DNA of 64,000 nt from Armatimonadota bacterium (GTDB taxonomy: Bacteria > Armatimonadota > UBA5829 > DTLH01): NCBI GenBank assembly GCA_039679675.1, contig JBDKUN010000033.1, forward strand, positions 128,001 through 192,000. The letters run 5' to 3'. The notes under the pieces were generated by a model. That model searched no databases, was not told the origin of the DNA, and worked only from the letters and a program-made list of their open reading frames with translations. A program made the translations under genes and the position numbers. Of the stretch, positions 59,343 to 64,000 are shown piece by piece. Positions within the stretch are counted from its first letter, which is position 1; each line of letters starts with the position of its first letter.

Positions 59343-59518
59343 GATAATGTCCTCCCTCTAATTTACTGAAAAAGAGTTTCCCCACAGGAGTGTTCAGACA
59401 AATCAGGCCGGAACTCCTCCTTTTAGTGGCATATTTATTGTATTTTTCAATAAATATGGGAGGAAACCCCGCGAAGTAAAGCAAACAGACTAATTGGTAA
59501 GTATAAATACTACTAACA

Positions 59519-62371
59519 ATGGAGTTATTTATGGGGTTTTTAGAGTCGCTGAACGACGCATTGCAAAATGTTGAGTCTACAGAGAAAGAATCGGATTTAC
59601 TTGTCGGGCGAATCCGCTCAGAGGTCGAATTTGCACAGGAATTCGTTGATTTGCATCCGAACAAGCTTGCCGAATGGCAGCCATTGATCGTCGAAGCTGC
59701 AGAGCTTGTGGCAAACAGGCTTGCTTCCGATGGCACAGCCGAACTGAAGAGTATTGTAAAGGAAGCGGAAGAGATACTCGCGCCTATTGGTAAGGCCGCG
59801 AAGGAATATACGATCTACTGCGTTGGACATGCCCACATAGATATGAACTGGATGTGGGACTGGCCTGAAACTGTGAGCACTACCAGAGATACATTCACAA
59901 CGATAGATAGATTGATGGATGAGTTCCCGGATTTTCACTTCTCGCAGAGCCAGGCGTCCACTTATCAGGCGATGGAAGATTATTCTCCCGAAATTTTCGA
60001 GATGGTCAAACGGCGCATGAAAGAGGGCCGCTGGGAACCGACCGCCAGCATGTGGGTGGAGGGTGACAAGAACCTCGCATCGGGCGAAATCCTATGCAGG
60101 CACCTGCTTTACACACGGCGCTATATGAAGGAAAAGTTCGGCCTGCCGTATGATGCAATCAAGATCGACTGGGAGCCGGATACCTTCGGGCATGCGGCAA
60201 CAATACCATCGATTCTTTCAAGAGGCGGCGTAAGAAGATACTATCGCTGCCGTCCAAGCCCGGTAGAACATGCACTTTCCTGGTGGGAAAGCCCGGATGG
60301 TTCCAGGGTGCTCGTCTTTTCGGAGAAGACCTGGTACATCAACCCGATTACACCTAAAATGGGCCATCATATGATCAATTTCTGCAAAGAGACCGGGCTC
60401 AAGAGCTATCTCTTCGTCTACGGTGTAGGAGACCACGGCGGCGGCCCGACCAGACGCGATCTTATGAGAGCAGTCGATATATGCACCTGGCCGGTATTCC
60501 CGAACGTCAAACTATCGACCACCGATGCATTTTTCAATGCTGTTGAGAAAGAAGACCTGAGTTCGCTGCCTGTGCATAAAGACGAAATGAACTTCGTCTT
60601 CGAAGGATGCTATACATCCGAAAGCCACGTAAAACATGCGAACAGGATAAGCGAGAATATCCTTCCTGAAGTGGAATCGGTTTCCCTTATTGCCGGTACG
60701 GCCGCGGGTTACAAATATCGGGCCGAAGAGATCACGAATGCCTGGCATATGGCTATGTTCAACCAGTTTCATGACATTCTGCCCGGTTCCGGAGTCAGAG
60801 GGACTTACGATTATGCCCAGGGGCAGTTCCAGAAGATCAGGGCGACAGCCGAATCGATCCGCACTGACGCGCTAAGAAAGCTCGCATCCGTAGTAGATAC
60901 AAGCGCAGCATCGGGAATCGAGCCTGCAGCAGGGTCGCTCGGCGCGACGATTGGTGACGGCACCGGCGCTGGAGTAGGAAACGGCAAATACCCCGGTGGA
61001 GTAACGGCCTACGCATCTACCGCTGTTTCTGCCGAGCCGTTTATGATATTCAACCAGATGCCGTTCAAGCGCTCAGAGGTAGTAGTCGCGACGGTATGGA
61101 ACAAGAAGTTCCCGAAAGACAAGATAACCGTTCGTGACGAGTCGGGCAATGTCACAAGCGGACAGGTCCTGGAGACTGGTAACTACTGGGGCCATGACTT
61201 CACGGCCATAGCTTTCGCTGCCAAAGATATACCAGCGATGGGGTATAGAATCTACACTATAGACAAGGCCCTTACTCCGGCTGCGGCTCCAAAAGAAGTG
61301 AAGATGGTATCACCCTGCGTGATGGAGAACGAGTTCCTGAAAGTTGAAATCGACCAACCGTCAGGCGCGATAAAGAGCCTTGTCGACAAAGAGACCGGCT
61401 ATGAATTCATCCCGGAAGGCGAGCTTGCAGGCGTGCTTGAATACTACCAGGAAGTGCCGCACGGTATGACAGCCTGGGATATAGGCCAGACTCAGCGTTT
61501 GAAGAAACTCAGTGACGACGGCGTGTGCAAAGTAGTCCAGAAAGGCCCGTATCGCGCTGCAGTCAAGACAAGCAGGAAGATAAACGACTCCTGTATAACA
61601 GTAGAGATCGGCCTGAATGCCGGAAGCAGGATGATAGACTTCAAGGTTGTGGCCGATTGGGTCGAACGTGGGACAAATGAGACAGGTGTCCCGATGCTGA
61701 GAATTGCATTCCCAACGAGTATTGAGAACGCGAAGGGAACATATGAGATTCCGTTCGGAAGCATTGAGCGCCCATCCAACGGGCAGGAAGTCCCGGCACT
61801 CAAATGGGCTGATCTTTCCGGCGACTGCGTCGGCAAGAAGGGTTCCTGCGGGATCACTATGGTTAACGCCGATAAATACGGCCATAACGCGGACAAAAAC
61901 ACCCTCAGGCTTACGCTTATCAGGTCGAGCTACGATCCTGATCCGCTCCCTGAGATCGGACACCATGAGATTATGCTCGGTATAGCTCCGCATGATGGGC
62001 TTTGTTCCACGCCGGATGCTGTGAGGGCTGCTGCATCGTTCGGTCTGCCGATGAGTGTAGTAAGCACAAGCATCCATAAGGGTAAATTCCCCGGCAGCAA
62101 AGGCTTTGTCGAGGTGCTTACTCCGAATATTATGCTGACATGCCTCAAGAAAGCTGAAGACTCCGAGTCCATCGTTGTAAGAGTCTACGAAATGGAGGGT
62201 GTAGAGACAGAAGCAAAGATCAAGATCAGTGACATAGTAAAACCGAATGCTCCGGCTGTCGAAGTGGACATGATGGAGCAGGCGCTGGAGCATTCTACAG
62301 CTCGGATGGACGGCGATACTCTCATCGTCCGCGTCCCGGCATACGGAATAGCATCTGTTGTAGTAGGTTAA
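59519..62371 (+). CDS. Alpha-mannosidase (GH38)
   Basis: GHAHIDMNWMW, WEPDTFGH, GVGDHGGGPT, NQFHDILPGS. Confidence 0.93.
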   Translation: MELFMGFLESLNDALQNVESTEKESDLLVGRIRSEVEFAQEFVDLHPNKLAEWQPLIVEAAELVANRLASDGTAELKSIVKEAEEILAPIGKAAKEYTIYCVGHAHIDMNWMWDWPETVSTTRDTFTTIDRLMDEFPDFHFSQSQASTYQAMEDYSPEIFEMVKRRMKEGRWEPTASMWVEGDKNLASGEILCRHLLYTRRYMKEKFGLPYDAIKIDWEPDTFGHAATIPSILSRGGVRRYYRCRPSPVEHALSWWESPDGSRVLVFSEKTWYINPITPKMGHHMINFCKETGLKSYLFVYGVGDHGGGPTRRDLMRAVDICTWPVFPNVKLSTTDAFFNAVEKEDLSSLPVHKDEMNFVFEGCYTSESHVKHANRISENILPEVESVSLIAGTAAGYKYRAEEITNAWHMAMFNQFHDILPGSGVRGTYDYAQGQFQKIRATAESIRTDALRKLASVVDTSAASGIEPAAGSLGATIGDGTGAGVGNGKYPGGVTAYASTAVSAEPFMIFNQMPFKRSEVVVATVWNKKFPKDKITVRDESGNVTSGQVLETGNYWGHDFTAIAFAAKDIPAMGYRIYTIDKALTPAAAPKEVKMVSPCVMENEFLKVEIDQPSGAIKSLVDKETGYEFIPEGELAGVLEYYQEVPHGMTAWDIGQTQRLKKLSDDGVCKVVQKGPYRAAVKTSRKINDSCITVEIGLNAGSRMIDFKVVADWVERGTNETGVPMLRIAFPTSIENAKGTYEIPFGSIERPSNGQEVPALKWADLSGDCVGKKGSCGITMVNADKYGHNADKNTLRLTLIRSSYDPDPLPEIGHHEIMLGIAPHDGLCSTPDAVRAAASFGLPMSVVSTSIHKGKFPGSKGFVEVLTPNIMLTCLKKAEDSESIVVRVYEMEGVETEAKIKISDIVKPNAPAVEVDMMEQALEHSTARMDGDTLIVRVPAYGIASVVVG

Positions 62372-62372
62372 A

Positions 62373-63656
62373 ATGGAGGAGAAATTGACCGTACAGATTC
62401 CATCATATGAAGAACGGCTGAAATGGTTCCATGATGCCAGGTTCGGCATGTTTATACACTGGGGGCTCTATTCGCTGCTCTCCCGCGGCGAGTGGACGAT
62501 GCTCAATGAGCAGATCCCCGCAAAAGAGTACGCAAAACTGGCGAAAAAGTTCAATCCCAAAAAGTTCGACGCGGATGCCTGGATGGCCGTCGCAAAGGAC
62601 GCTGGGATGAAGTATGTGGTGCTTACAACACGGCATCATGAGGGCTTTTGCCTTTTTGACAGCGATGTAAGCGATTTCACGAGCGTCAAAACGGCTGCGA
62701 AACGCGATTTCGTGGCAGAATATGTAGATGCGGCTCGAAGAGCAGGACTTAAGGTCGGTTTCTATTACTCATGGCTCGACTGGAGGTTTCCTGGTTATTT
62801 CAATTCGAAAGCATGGCCGGAAAGCTCTAAAGCTATGGTCGATCAGGCGCACGCTCAGATAAAAGAGCTTATGACGAAGTATGGGAAGATAGACATCCTC
62901 TGGTATGATGGCCACTGGGTACCTGGTGTGAACATGAACAAGGGAGCCATACTCTTTGATAAAGAGTCGGATAAGCGTGCTGCAGAGTTCTGGGGTGCGC
63001 GTGAAGTAAACAAGATGGTACGGGAACTGCAGCCGCACATACTTATCAACAACCGCTGCGGCTTAAGTGAAGACCTGGACACACCGGAACAGCACGTGAC
63101 CGCATCTGAGCACGGGCGCGGCTGGGAGTCTTGCATGACCATAGGCGATTCGGTAGGGTGGGGCTACATTGCGAACAGCCCGAATATGAAGACCGTGCCT
63201 CAGCTTATTCAGAACCTGGTTGCAGCGGCAGCGGGTGAGGGTAATTTCCTGCTTAACGTTGGGCCGAAGCCCGATGGGACGATCAGAAACGAGGAAAAAG
63301 CCCGGCTTCATGCTATGGGCGAATGGCTGCGGGTGAACGGTGAGTCGATCTATGGGTCAGAAAGATGCCAGTTCAGCGGAGGAATTGTCGGAAACACTAC
63401 AGCCAAGGGCAACAATGCCTATATTCACGTCTTTCGCTGGCCAAAACAGGGCGAAGTTGTCATTCCTAACATCGCAAATGAGATAAAATCAGCTACTGTC
63501 CTTCAGACAGGTCAAAAAGCTGATGTGGTCAGAGGGACAAACAACAGGACAATTATCAAAAATATGCCGAAACGTCCGCCGCATCCTTACGATACGGTCA
63601 TCAAGCTGGAGCTGGACGGCGAGCCGAAAGTTGCTCCCGGTGTTGATTGGCTTTAA
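62373..63656 (+). CDS. Alpha-L-fucosidase (GH29)
   Basis: ARFGMFIHWGLYS, TTRHHEGFCLF, ILWYDG, LLNVGPKPDG. Confidence 0.93.
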   Translation: MEEKLTVQIPSYEERLKWFHDARFGMFIHWGLYSLLSRGEWTMLNEQIPAKEYAKLAKKFNPKKFDADAWMAVAKDAGMKYVVLTTRHHEGFCLFDSDVSDFTSVKTAAKRDFVAEYVDAARRAGLKVGFYYSWLDWRFPGYFNSKAWPESSKAMVDQAHAQIKELMTKYGKIDILWYDGHWVPGVNMNKGAILFDKESDKRAAEFWGAREVNKMVRELQPHILINNRCGLSEDLDTPEQHVTASEHGRGWESCMTIGDSVGWGYIANSPNMKTVPQLIQNLVAAAAGEGNFLLNVGPKPDGTIRNEEKARLHAMGEWLRVNGESIYGSERCQFSGGIVGNTTAKGNNAYIHVFRWPKQGEVVIPNIANEIKSATVLQTGQKADVVRGTNNRTIIKNMPKRPPHPYDTVIKLELDGEPKVAPGVDWL

Positions 63657-63685
63657 TCCTGATAGATTGTTAGCGTTGGAGACAT

Positions 63686-64000
63686 ATGGATACTATTATT
63701 CTTTTACTGATACTGGCGACAGTCGGTATGCTCGCAGTAGTGATATGGTCGGCAATCAAGAACCGAATGCAACCTGTGCGCCAAGTTAGGGCTATCGTGC
63801 TTAGGCACAGAACGAGGGATGATAGTATAGATGCTCCTCTAAATCCGATGTACATAGTCATGAATACACTCGGACGCGGCCCAGGGCGGAGCAGGATGTC
63901 AAATAAGAGCGTCGGCAGGCTTTCCGGTGAAGTGACGCTACTCAACGTAGTTAACGGCTTCATAACCTTCGGTGTTGAAGGCAACGAAGTGGAGTTGCTG
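63686..64000 (+). CDS. Membrane-anchored hypothetical protein (DUF2500-like), 3'-truncated by window edge
   Basis: GGAG RBS; MDTIILLLILATVGMLAVVIWSAIKNRMQPVRQVRAIV..., open to the end of the window. Confidence 0.55.
   Translation, partial: MDTIILLLILATVGMLAVVIWSAIKNRMQPVRQVRAIVLRHRTRDDSIDAPLNPMYIVMNTLGRGPGRSRMSNKSVGRLSGEVTLLNVVNGFITFGVEGNEVELL

Noticed and set aside
59427..59442. Sigma54-like TGGCATATTTATTGTA upstream of the GH38 gene
   Set aside because: The -12 element reads GT instead of the near-invariant GC.
61361..62449. 362-aa minus-strand ORF
   Set aside because: Antisense shadow of the GH38 gene with no recognisable motifs. The same applies to 7046-7717, 30064-30759, 43527-44168, 44966-45697 and 51162-51815.

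Overview
This is a bacterial chromosomal window. Gene content (DUF1559/H-X9-DG-like protein, many sugar-catabolism genes, ECF sigma/anti-sigma pair, HEAT/TPR proteins) suggests an Armatimonadota- or PVC-like organism; that assignment is inference only. Most of the window is ordinary: carbohydrate catabolism (CE15, Gfo/Idh/MocA, TIM-barrel isomerases, GH78-like, GH42-like, GH38, GH29), signalling (ECF, multi-GAF kinase with a sigma54 activator) and housekeeping (coaX, dusB, rmuC). The standout is a 13.85-kb element integrated at tRNA-Lys(UUU). It is bounded by a 101-bp perfect direct repeat that duplicates the entire tRNA (11558-11658 and 25412-25512). It has a phage-satellite (PICI-like) core: integrase with five arm-type repeats, Xis, and a primase-D5 helicase with a 3+3 inverted-iteron candidate origin inside its 3' end. 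It also has a second tyrosine recombinase preceded by a 34-bp lox/dif-like site. Its defence-type cargo is a candidate HEPN RNase, an unannotated 36-aa membrane peptide with a hairpin-occluded RBS (type I toxin-antitoxin candidate) and a type III restriction-modification pair. Other points of interest: a sigma54 activator lacking its HTH with a nearby -24/-12 promoter, an acyl-ACP-reductase-like gene pair coupled to coaX-dusB, a bacterial Clp1 kinase, and an MBLAC1-like nuclease. All family calls come from motifs read by eye; no database searches were run.
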